Below are positions 18,136 to 26,410 of a stretch of 64,000 nt of DNA, in pieces. Made by a program: the position numbers and the translations under genes. Origin of the DNA: Candidatus Cloacimonadota bacterium (GTDB lineage Bacteria; Cloacimonadota; Cloacimonadia; Cloacimonadales; Cloacimonadaceae). The stretch is taken from contig JAGOKK010000001.1 of the NCBI GenBank assembly GCA_017994635.1, forward strand, positions 140-64,139. The letters are read 5' to 3'. How positions within the stretch are numbered: position 1 is the first letter of the stretch; each line of letters begins with the position of its first letter. The notes under the pieces are model-generated. The model saw only the letters and a program-made list of their open reading frames with translations. It made no database searches and was not told the DNA's origin.

Positions 18136-18915
18136 TTATCTGTCAATTTTTTTCGCGACAATAAGAATACCCGTCCCTTTGGAATTGGACATTCTAAGAT
18201 CCATTTGCATCATGAGTTCAGCGATGGGGTAAACCATTAGGTACCAAAGGGGTAGCGCCAAAGCAAGGTACTTGCTTATGCCCAGCATATTCAGGGGGTG
18301 TTTCATCATCAATCGCCAGCTGAGGGAACCCCAGAAACCGTAAGTATAAATGCTTTTCTCGATCCCAAAGCCTTGGGCTATCAGCTTTTGCTCAAGCTCC
18401 CGTTTATTATAACCAGGGCGAACATGCTCGGCAGTAAAGGCGGCGGCCTCGTCCATGTCGCTGGGAGTGGAGATGATGAAGATCCCCCCTACCTTCAAGG
18501 CCTCATGGATATTGGCAATGGCCTGCTCGTCACGTTCGATATGCTCCAGGATGTCGATGGCGATGGCCATATCATACCTGGCTTCTGGTATGAAGTCCTG
18601 CAAGTCCGCGCTTTGGAAACTGAAGGCCCCCTTCGCTTGCGCAGCGTATGCAGCCAGGTAATCGGTTTTGAGATCGGTGGCAAATACTCTGGCATTGGGG
18701 TATCGCTTCAGCACCATATCGCTATATTGGCAAAATCCAGCACCGGCATCGTAGAAACTCATGTTTTCAGAGGCGTGGCCGGCTATTTCCCGCGTTACAT
18801 AGCGCTGTCTGAGCAGTAGCAGATGCAGTGCCTTGTAAAAGCCTGCCCTCAAAAAGGGGAACACTGAGATCAGAGCTGCAGCCCTATCTTTGATGGGATC
18901 GTATTCCATTCTCAC
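18136..18915 (-). CDS. Class I SAM-dependent methyltransferase
   Basis: 259 aa. Motif I reads FYDAGAGFCQYS, with the acidic residue VFATDL and the post-I/II segment MAIAIDILEHI. The C-terminal ~50 residues are hydrophobic. Confidence 0.7.
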   Translation of the reverse strand: MRMEYDPIKDRAAALISVFPFLRAGFYKALHLLLLRQRYVTREIAGHASENMSFYDAGAGFCQYSDMVLKRYPNARVFATDLKTDYLAAYAAQAKGAFSFQSADLQDFIPEARYDMAIAIDILEHIERDEQAIANIHEALKVGGIFIISTPSDMDEAAAFTAEHVRPGYNKRELEQKLIAQGFGIEKSIYTYGFWGSLSWRLMMKHPLNMLGISKYLALALPLWYLMVYPIAELMMQMDLRMSNSKGTGILIVAKKIDR

Positions 18916-18940
18916 TCCCGGTACCTGTTATTCAAGAAAT

Positions 18941-18980
18941 CTATTGACGTTTTTCTTGTTCCCTGCTTTTTCGTCAATAG
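18941..18980. promoter_or_regulatory. Perfect 9-bp inverted repeat (CTATTGACG N22 CGTCAATAG) in a divergent intergenic region; candidate operator
   Basis: ctattgacg lies at 18941-18949 and cgtcaatag at 18972-18980, separated by a T-rich 22-nt spacer. The repeat sits between the divergently transcribed methyltransferase-TetR operon and the PHP gene. Confidence 0.3.
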
Positions 18981-18992
18981 ATAAAAAACGAT

Positions 18993-19856
18993 ATGATAGT
19001 AAAAGAGATAAATGACATCAGGCGCATAAACTTGCACCTGCATACCAACGTGTCCGATGGATTATTGAGCCCTGCAGAACTGGTGAAACAAGCGAAACAG
19101 CTCCCTTTGGACCTTATATCCATCACCGATCACGACACCGCAGATGCTTACAAAATGCTCCATGGTGAGTATGCGCCCCTCCGTATCCTACCTGGCATGG
19201 AAATATCATCCATGCATCAGGGTCACGACGTCCACATCCTGGCTTATGGATGTGATTTTTCCAATGCCGCCTTGCAAGAGATGACCGATATATATCTGCA
19301 AGGTAGAAAGAACCGCGCCATCCGCATGATCGAGCTTTTGGCGGATATGGGCATCAAGATCAAGCTCGAAGATGTGATAGCCGTTGCCGGGAGCCGAGAG
19401 TTGATTGTTCGCCCCCATATTGCGCAGATCCTGGTGAAAAAGGGTTACGTGGCCACCAAGAACGAAGCCTTTGAGAAATACATCGGCAATTTCAAGCCCG
19501 CCTTTGTCCCAAAACCAGAGCTGAAAGTGGATTCCGTAATCAAGATCATCCAAGATGCCGGTGGTTTTGCTGTCATAGCCCATCCGGGCAAGCTGGTGAA
19601 TCCCGCCTATGTACACACCTTCATCGAGATGGGTCTGGACGGCATCGAAGTGTGGCATCCAGATCACTATCAGGCGGAAGTGGATGCATACATCGCTCTG
19701 GCACAGAAAAACGGTCTCTTTATGACCGCCGGTAGTGATTATCACGGTGATATCGAACGCAATAACCTCTTTGACATGGTGCCCGCCACCGATCTGATTT
19801 TGGGCAGCGTCAGGGAACTGTATCAGGAGTATAAATGCCGCTCGGCAAAAAGATAA
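18993..19856 (+). CDS. PHP-domain phosphoesterase (TrpH/YciV-like)
   Basis: 287 aa with NLHLHTNVSDGLLSP, ISITDHDT, AHPG and GSDYHG metal-ligand motifs. Confidence 0.8.
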   Translation: MIVKEINDIRRINLHLHTNVSDGLLSPAELVKQAKQLPLDLISITDHDTADAYKMLHGEYAPLRILPGMEISSMHQGHDVHILAYGCDFSNAALQEMTDIYLQGRKNRAIRMIELLADMGIKIKLEDVIAVAGSRELIVRPHIAQILVKKGYVATKNEAFEKYIGNFKPAFVPKPELKVDSVIKIIQDAGGFAVIAHPGKLVNPAYVHTFIEMGLDGIEVWHPDHYQAEVDAYIALAQKNGLFMTAGSDYHGDIERNNLFDMVPATDLILGSVRELYQEYKCRSAKR

Positions 19857-20356
19857 ACCTCATTCGCGACAAAATCCCGGTATTATATCGCTATAACCCC
19901 TTTGCCCGTTGGCTGCTCATCGGACTAAGCATGTTGATCTTGATCTACTGCGTGTACTTCCTACTGCGCTACGCGCAATACCAGTCACCCTTATTGGGAA
20001 AGTTTGTACCATTGATGGTCGGTTTTGTGGCCCTGGATTCTGTCCTGCGTAAAGTTACCAGCCTGAATAGTGTACTCTTCGAATCAGATCACGTGCGACT
20101 TGGCTTCATCGCCAAGAAACCCATCATTATTCCATACGACAAGATCAGTGCACTAAATCTGAAACGCAAAATCACTTACTATCTGGAAATCCACTACACT
20201 GACGACAAGGGTAAGATGAGTCAGTACACCACTCCTGCATCCTTCCCCCACATCCTGGAGATCATAGTGAATATCGCGGATTTGGCTTCACAAGCAGTGA
20301 TCCCTGAGACAATGAAGAACCTGCTGGAATATGTGAAGGAAAATCATGCCGAATAG
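19835..20356 (+). CDS. Hypothetical membrane protein (two N-terminal TM segments plus a small soluble domain)
   Basis: 173 aa with hydrophobic segments WLLIGLSMLILIYCVYFLL and FVPLMVGFVALDSVL. No family recognised. It overlaps both neighbours. Confidence 0.45.
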   Translation: MPLGKKINLIRDKIPVLYRYNPFARWLLIGLSMLILIYCVYFLLRYAQYQSPLLGKFVPLMVGFVALDSVLRKVTSLNSVLFESDHVRLGFIAKKPIIIPYDKISALNLKRKITYYLEIHYTDDKGKMSQYTTPASFPHILEIIVNIADLASQAVIPETMKNLLEYVKENHAE

Positions 20357-21503
20357 TTTTGACCAAATCATAGACCGTAAAGGCTCGGCCTGCTTCAAGT
20401 ATGACGCGATGAAGCTGATGTACGGCCGGGACGATCTGCTGGCTTTGTGGGTGGCAGACATGGACTTTGCCGTTAGTCCGCAGATTCAAGCTGCCATCCG
20501 GCATAGAGCAGAGCATCCTTTATACGGTTACAATTTCAAGGCTCCGGCCTTCAAGGAATCTCTGGATGCCTGGCTGATGAAACGTCATGGCTGGAATACC
20601 ACGGAGCATAAACTCATCAGCCTGCCCAGTTTGATGACGGCTCTGGCGCTGGCGATTCTCAGCTTGACCAAAGAGGGGGATGGCATCCTCATTCAAAGCC
20701 CCGTATATCCGCCTTTTCACAGCCAGGCAAGTGACCACGGACGCAAGCTTTTGATCAATCCCCTGATAGGAGAAGATGGTGTTTACCGCATTGATTGGGT
20801 TGATTTTGAACACCAGGCCGCGCAGGCAAAGATGTTTGTGCTGTGCAATCCCCACAATCCCGTGGGCAGAGTATTCAGCCCTGAAGAGCTGGCGCGAATG
20901 GCAGACATTTGCCGCAAGCATAAGGTGATCATCTTTAGCGATGAAATCCATGCCGACCTTGTATTCACCCCCCATCACCATATCCCGATTGCCACACTGG
21001 CTGAAGACATCACCCTCACCGGCATTTCGCCGGCAAAAAGCTTCAATATAGCAGGGATAGGCACAGCAGTTTTAATCTCCCAAAACCCAGATCTGATCAA
21101 GCCTGTGGAGAAGCTTAATTTTGCCCTGCACACCTATATGGGCAATAGCATGGGGATCGTGGCCTTCACTGCAGCTTATGGAGAATCTGAAGCATGGCTG
21201 GAGGAACTCCTGCGATATCTCAAAGATAATAGAGATTTCATCGAGATTGAGCTGCCAAACATCCTGCCATCTGTCAAGATAAGCCCCATTGAAGGCACAT
21301 ATCTGGCCTGGCTGGATTTTAGAGAATATGGCCTACCGGAGGATGAGCTCATGCGCATCTTGCGGGATGATTGCCGCTTGGCTCTGAACCAGGGCAGCAC
21401 TTTTGGCGATGAGGGGCTGGGCTTCATGCGTATGAACTTTGGCTGTCCCAGATCCATACTGGAAGAAGCTCTTACCCGCTTACAAAAATTCCCCAAGGAG
21501 TAA
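20346..21503 (+). CDS. MalY/PatB-family PLP-dependent C-S lyase (cystathionine beta-lyase type aminotransferase fold)
   Basis: 385 aa. The N-terminus FDQIIDRKGSACFKYD is typical of PatB/MalY. NPHNPVGR and the SPAKSFNIAG Lys context are also present. Confidence 0.8.
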   Translation: MPNSFDQIIDRKGSACFKYDAMKLMYGRDDLLALWVADMDFAVSPQIQAAIRHRAEHPLYGYNFKAPAFKESLDAWLMKRHGWNTTEHKLISLPSLMTALALAILSLTKEGDGILIQSPVYPPFHSQASDHGRKLLINPLIGEDGVYRIDWVDFEHQAAQAKMFVLCNPHNPVGRVFSPEELARMADICRKHKVIIFSDEIHADLVFTPHHHIPIATLAEDITLTGISPAKSFNIAGIGTAVLISQNPDLIKPVEKLNFALHTYMGNSMGIVAFTAAYGESEAWLEELLRYLKDNRDFIEIELPNILPSVKISPIEGTYLAWLDFREYGLPEDELMRILRDDCRLALNQGSTFGDEGLGFMRMNFGCPRSILEEALTRLQKFPKE

Positions 21504-21506
21504 CTA

Positions 21507-22331
21507 ATGCTCAAACAAGCAGTTATAGATCTATACAATAATCCGCCTCAAGCCTATCTGCCGGAACATCGTCAGCTTTTTGCAGAGTTTATCTCAAAGC
21601 TGAATAGCGGAAGCATCCGCGCCTGTGAAAAACAGGATGATCTCTGGCAAGTAAATGCCTGGATCAAGATGGGCATCCTCATCGGTTTTCGGATGGGAGT
21701 CTTGGCCGCTTTACCGGATGGGAACAAAGATTTCTTCGACAAAGATACCCTTGCTGCCAAACGTTTTAGCCTGACTGATCAGGTTCGCATCGTACCCGGC
21801 GGAACTTCCGCGCGAAACGGCTGTTACGTGGCCAAAGGGGTTACAGTGATGCCCCCTGCCTTCATCAATATCGGTGCCTGGGTGGATAGTGGGACGATGG
21901 TGGATTCCCATGCCCTGGTCGGTTCATGCGCTCAGATCGGAAAGCGCGTACATCTTTCAGCCGGAGCGATGATTGGAGGAGTTTTGGAACCCATCGGATC
22001 GCGTCCAGTAATCATCGAAGATGACGCCTTCATCGGTGGAAACACAGGCATCTACGAAGGCATCATCGTAAAAAGCCGCGCTGTGATCGCATCCGGCACG
22101 ATTATTACCGGCTCCACGCCTATTTATGACAGCATCGCCGGACGTTTTCTGGATCCTGATGCTGGCGGTAGCTACACCATCCCCGCCGACGCGGTGGTAG
22201 TTCCGGGCTCCCGCAGATTGCGCTCCAATCAAGATTTTCAAGTTTATTGCCCCATCATTGTTAAATACCGTGATGCCAAGACTGACGTCTCGGTAGCGCT
22301 GGAAAATGAACTCCGCCACCTCATGGATTAA
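21507..22331 (+). CDS. dapD: 2,3,4,5-tetrahydropyridine-2,6-dicarboxylate N-succinyltransferase
   Basis: 274 aa and collinear with E. coli DapD as I recall it: NIGAWVDSGTMVDSHALVGSCAQIGKRVHLSAGAMIGGVLEP, IIEDDAFIG, and YCPIIVKYRDAKT near the C-terminus. Confidence 0.9.
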   Translation: MLKQAVIDLYNNPPQAYLPEHRQLFAEFISKLNSGSIRACEKQDDLWQVNAWIKMGILIGFRMGVLAALPDGNKDFFDKDTLAAKRFSLTDQVRIVPGGTSARNGCYVAKGVTVMPPAFINIGAWVDSGTMVDSHALVGSCAQIGKRVHLSAGAMIGGVLEPIGSRPVIIEDDAFIGGNTGIYEGIIVKSRAVIASGTIITGSTPIYDSIAGRFLDPDAGGSYTIPADAVVVPGSRRLRSNQDFQVYCPIIVKYRDAKTDVSVALENELRHLMD

Positions 22332-23394
22332 CGCTTCCCGGCTGGAAGGGATACAGATTTCAAGGCTACGCCAAATGATGGCCGCCGCGCCGCGCGATGC
22401 TATAAATCTGGCCCTGGGAGAATTGGCCTTTGACTTTCCTCTCTGCCTCAGAGATAAGGCCAAAAGACTGATGGATTCCGGAAATCCGGCCTATACGCCC
22501 AATGCCGGGATCTTGGAACTCCGGGCTGCTGTAGCCTCTTATCTGGGCCTGGAAGGGGCAAGCAATATACTCATCTGCAACGGCGCGGAAGAAGCTTTAT
22601 ACATTGCTCTGCAAGGAATTGCGAATCCAGGTGACACGGTAGCCATTCCAGATCCAGATTATCCCGCATACCCCACTTTGGCGCGCCTGGCCGGAGCTAA
22701 GGTAACCCGCATCCCCTTTACACCGAATCTGAAGTGCATAGATTGGGAGCGATGGGAAATCTCTCTAAGCGGAGCTAAAGCACTACTCCTCTCGCATCCT
22801 TCCAATCCCACGGGATTTTGTTTCAGTCCGGACGATTTCCACCATTTATCAGAGCTGCTCAATCGGCACGGTATCATTCTGATCATCGATGAGATTTACA
22901 CTGAGCTTTTCCTCGAACAGCCCATAGCTTTGGATTACAGCAAGGTAGAGCGAGTGATTCGCATCGGCGGACTCTCCAAATCGCATCTGATGAGCGGTTG
23001 GCGTGTGGGCTGGCTGGCTGCTGATGAAACCGCGGTCACTCAATTCACCAAACTTAAACAGTACATCTCCACCTGCGCAGCCTGGCCTTCTCAAGTGCTT
23101 GCCCTGTACGCCATAAACCAACCCGAAATCGTGGCCGGCGTGAGAGAGCAACTTCGCGATAACCTCAGCCTCTGCCGGGAACAACTCTCCCGTTTTGAAT
23201 TGAAACTACCCACTGCTGGCCCTTATCTGATGTTGAAGTGCGGCGATGGCGACTCCTACGCAGAAGCTCTGCTCAAGCAAGGTGTGATCTGCGTTCCGGG
23301 AAGCGCTTTTGGAGAACTCACTGAGGAATATATCCGCATCAATTTTGGGGTACGGACAGATGTTCTTTGCGCCGCTCTGAAGAGGTTTTTGTGA
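22306..23394 (+). CDS. Class I/II aminotransferase (candidate N-succinyl-diaminopimelate aminotransferase by context)
   Basis: 362 aa with LALGELAFDFP, HPSNPTG and the GGLSKSHLMSGWRVGW PLP-Lys context. The DapC role is inferred from its position after dapD only. Confidence 0.75.
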   Translation: MNSATSWINASRLEGIQISRLRQMMAAAPRDAINLALGELAFDFPLCLRDKAKRLMDSGNPAYTPNAGILELRAAVASYLGLEGASNILICNGAEEALYIALQGIANPGDTVAIPDPDYPAYPTLARLAGAKVTRIPFTPNLKCIDWERWEISLSGAKALLLSHPSNPTGFCFSPDDFHHLSELLNRHGIILIIDEIYTELFLEQPIALDYSKVERVIRIGGLSKSHLMSGWRVGWLAADETAVTQFTKLKQYISTCAAWPSQVLALYAINQPEIVAGVREQLRDNLSLCREQLSRFELKLPTAGPYLMLKCGDGDSYAEALLKQGVICVPGSAFGELTEEYIRINFGVRTDVLCAALKRFL

Positions 23395-24959
23395 GCCATC
23401 TGTTCCACGGTGGAGTGATTTGGGGCCACCCAGAGGCTGAAGCTTTGCTCACCGATGGTGAACGCATCCGTCATATCGGTTCCCGGAGAGATTGTGAACG
23501 CAGAGCAAAACAACAACCTCAGGTTGTGAACCTACATGGACGCATGTTACTACCTTCTTTCACGGACGCTCATACTCATTTCGTAGAATACGCCAAGTCC
23601 CGACTCCTGGTAGACCTTCTGGAATGCCACAGTATCGATGAGATCAGAACCTATTTAATGGAATACAAAGCCAGACTGAGTTGGCGTGCACAGTGGATCC
23701 TGGGCGGGGGTTGGAATCGCAATGTATTGGAAGAGCCCCAGCTTCTAAACCGTGATTTACTGGACGCCATCTGGCCTGATACACCTGTAGCGCTTTTCTC
23801 GCGTGATTATCACGCCAAACTATGCAATAGCAAGGCTCTATCCATTATCGGAATAGACGAAAACTCACCTGATCCGTCAGGAGGTTCCATCGAGCGCGAC
23901 TATCGAGGCAGGCCCACCGGAGTGCTATATGAGACTGCCACTGAGCTCGTAGATCCCTACAGCATTCAACCCCCCGGCTCCGAGATTGTGAAGGCCATCA
24001 AAGCCACGATTCAGGAAATCTACAAATGGGGGCTCACTGGCTTTCACTCCATGGAATATCAAAGCAGCGCGATACTACTGAGGCAGGCCCAGAGCGAAGG
24101 CTGCCTGTTTCGGACATGCTGGCATCCCCAGGCATCGGAACTGGATAGGCTGATAGATAGCGGGGTACATAGTTATGAGGGCGACGAACACTTCAAGATA
24201 GGGGGCATCAAACTCTTTGGCGATGGCTCTCTGGGTTCGCGCACTGCTGCTATGTTTCAGCCATATAGCGGCGATGAGGATAATACAGGAATCTTGCGGT
24301 ATGGTGATGAAGAGCTATATACCACCATGCAAAAGGCTGCGGAACATGGATTTGCCGTTACCATCCACGCAATCGGCGACCGCTGTGTAAGCCAAGTGAT
24401 AGAAACCACTCTACGACTGCGGCAAATACCCGCTTTCCGGGGGCTATTCCATCGCATCGAGCACGTTCAATCCATTCGCCTCAGCGATATTCCGAGACTT
24501 AAAGAGAGCGGTCTTTTCGCCAGTGTACAGCCTGTACATATCGCCAATGACATCCCCTTCATCGAGCAATACTGGCCCCACATCCGCGAAGAAGTTTATG
24601 CCTTCCGCTCCATGAAAGCTGCCGGCATCCCCATGGCCTTTGGCTCAGATGTCCCCATTGAAACGATGAATCCCTTTTTGGGCATCTACAGCGCCATCAG
24701 CAGACGCCAGAACAACGATCCTCACCACTCCGTCTGGCAATCAAGTGAGTGCCTGAGTCCCGAAACCGCGATCGATGCCTACACTCTGGGCTCTGCCATG
24801 GCTTCACGTTCGGAAAATGCCAGAGGGCTACTTGCCGAGAACTACCTGGCAGATCTGATTGTCGTGGAAGATTATCCCAGGCTTGGCCCGGATTACTGGC
24901 GCGAAGCGCAGAGTTTATTTACCATGATCGGGGGCAAAGTAGTTTACAACGCATTGTAA
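23391..24959 (+). CDS. Amidohydrolase-family metal-dependent hydrolase (amidohydrolase_3 / YtcJ-like)
   Basis: It has FTDAHTHF (the HxH metal motif), HAIGD, IEHVQ and GSDVPIE. I chose the GTG start at 23391 (GTGA overlap with the upstream stop); the ORF-track TTG start is 23367. Confidence 0.75.
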   Translation: MSHLFHGGVIWGHPEAEALLTDGERIRHIGSRRDCERRAKQQPQVVNLHGRMLLPSFTDAHTHFVEYAKSRLLVDLLECHSIDEIRTYLMEYKARLSWRAQWILGGGWNRNVLEEPQLLNRDLLDAIWPDTPVALFSRDYHAKLCNSKALSIIGIDENSPDPSGGSIERDYRGRPTGVLYETATELVDPYSIQPPGSEIVKAIKATIQEIYKWGLTGFHSMEYQSSAILLRQAQSEGCLFRTCWHPQASELDRLIDSGVHSYEGDEHFKIGGIKLFGDGSLGSRTAAMFQPYSGDEDNTGILRYGDEELYTTMQKAAEHGFAVTIHAIGDRCVSQVIETTLRLRQIPAFRGLFHRIEHVQSIRLSDIPRLKESGLFASVQPVHIANDIPFIEQYWPHIREEVYAFRSMKAAGIPMAFGSDVPIETMNPFLGIYSAISRRQNNDPHHSVWQSSECLSPETAIDAYTLGSAMASRSENARGLLAENYLADLIVVEDYPRLGPDYWREAQSLFTMIGGKVVYNAL

Positions 24960-25080
24960 AGGATCTCTTCAAAACCATCTCGCCAATCTGAAGTAACCAG
25001 ATCATCATCTGCTTGGGCAATAGACACGGTTGCCTCCTCCCCTTTATCAATGAAGAAGCGGTCTACGCCATTTGTATATC

Positions 25081-25198
25081 GCTCCGCCTTATATCTTGAA
25101 TGCCACCTGAATCTCACTTGAATTCCTCCTGAACTCAGTTCGGGTGGGGTTCAAGTGGAGTCCAGGTTTGGTTCAGGCCAAAAGAGGGAGTGGGGCAA
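25081..25198. repeat. Copy 2 of the ~115-bp 11-nt-phased palindromic element
   Basis: The reverse complement of the left arm reads gttcaggagga attcaagtgag attcaggtggc attcaagatat aaggcggagc. The loop is tca (25135-25137). The right arm reads gttcgggtggg gttcaagtgga gtccaggtttg gttcaggccaa aagagggagtggggcaaaa. Confidence 0.8.
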
Positions 25199-25322
25199 AA
25201 CCTCTTTGGCAGCATAAAAGCTCAAATGAAGCGATGGCAGCAAAGTAGTCTATATGGTGCTATATGACTGTCTGGAAAGACGCTCACGCATCAAGCCCAG
25301 CTTTTACACCAAACACGCAGAA

Positions 25323-26120
25323 CTAGTACACTGCAGCCCCGATAAATCCCGACCCATTCATTACTTTATAACGTAGCCAAAGCCTGTCATTGGGCAGAGT
25401 TTGAACTTCCAGAAACTTGAGTTGGTTTGGCAGATCGGTTGGCCAGGACGGCTCGGGTGAGGCAAAGAGCGTGGGGATGGTAAATCCGCCGATTACGATC
25501 GGATTGAGCAATATGTTGATCTCATCGAGAAGATTGCTGCGGATGAGGGCGCCGCTGAGCTTGCCCCCTGAGCTGGTGGCGATGGTAGTAACACCCAGCT
25601 TTTGCTTCACTTTTTCGAGCATCAGTGGCAGATCTACCCTTTCCTTACCCTGGATAAGGTAGGGGATATGGCGATCGCGCAAAAAGGCAAGATATTCGGG
25701 CGGAGCGGCCTCTGAAGTAAGGTGGATCATATAGGTCTCGGGATCGTCGCACTCAGCGGTATAGCCATTGCGGAATCTCCCTCTGCCATCGACCACTGCG
25801 GTCCAGGTCTTCCTGGAGGGACGATTTAAAATGTCCGCGGGGAGGAAATCCTCATATAGTGAAGCGGGATCTCCCTGATAAGGAGGAAGCTCGGTGAGGG
25901 CCTCGGTCTCGGCCACGAGCATATTGCTACCTTCCAAGAACATATCAGGTGTGTATAGTTTCTTGACCGCTTGGGTAAACGATTCCCAATCATCCTTTTC
26001 CAAAAGCATGGCATACAGTTCCGGTTGTTTGTAAGTATCGAACATCGTGGTATTTGTGCCCATCGTGATTCTGCTGTCCAGGGACGCACTTACATAAAGC
26101 ACTACTTGCGGTCTGCTCAT
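25323..26120 (-). CDS. RibD C-terminal-domain / dihydrofolate-reductase-like protein
   Basis: Features are VVLYVSASLDSRIT, the GGKLSGALIRSNLLDEINILLNPIVIGG pattern and a C-terminal LWLRYKV. I chose the start at 26120 (MSRPQVV), which is preceded by AGGAGGAAATC. The ORF-track start at 26216 adds 32 implausible residues. Confidence 0.65.
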   Translation of the reverse strand: MSRPQVVLYVSASLDSRITMGTNTTMFDTYKQPELYAMLLEKDDWESFTQAVKKLYTPDMFLEGSNMLVAETEALTELPPYQGDPASLYEDFLPADILNRPSRKTWTAVVDGRGRFRNGYTAECDDPETYMIHLTSEAAPPEYLAFLRDRHIPYLIQGKERVDLPLMLEKVKQKLGVTTIATSSGGKLSGALIRSNLLDEINILLNPIVIGGFTIPTLFASPEPSWPTDLPNQLKFLEVQTLPNDRLWLRYKVMNGSGFIGAAVY

Positions 26121-26410
26121 GATTTCCTCCTTTGATTTATGTATTATAAAGGACATTATAGCTAGGACCTGAGGTTTGGCAAGTAGAGATGTGCATTTTG
26201 TAAGAGATAATCGCATCTGGAAGGGGTGGAGTGGATTGATTCACAGAGCCAGTAATAGTGAGAATCCCAAATTTGAGATTTGGAAATGCTTTATGCCACT
26301 TTTTCCAAATAGTGGAATGGATATTGCACACACTGTTTCTCCAGCGGAGATACGTCCGGATTGTGGACTGCTTCGCCCCCATAGACGTATTTAAAGTACA
26401 TGAGGAATAG

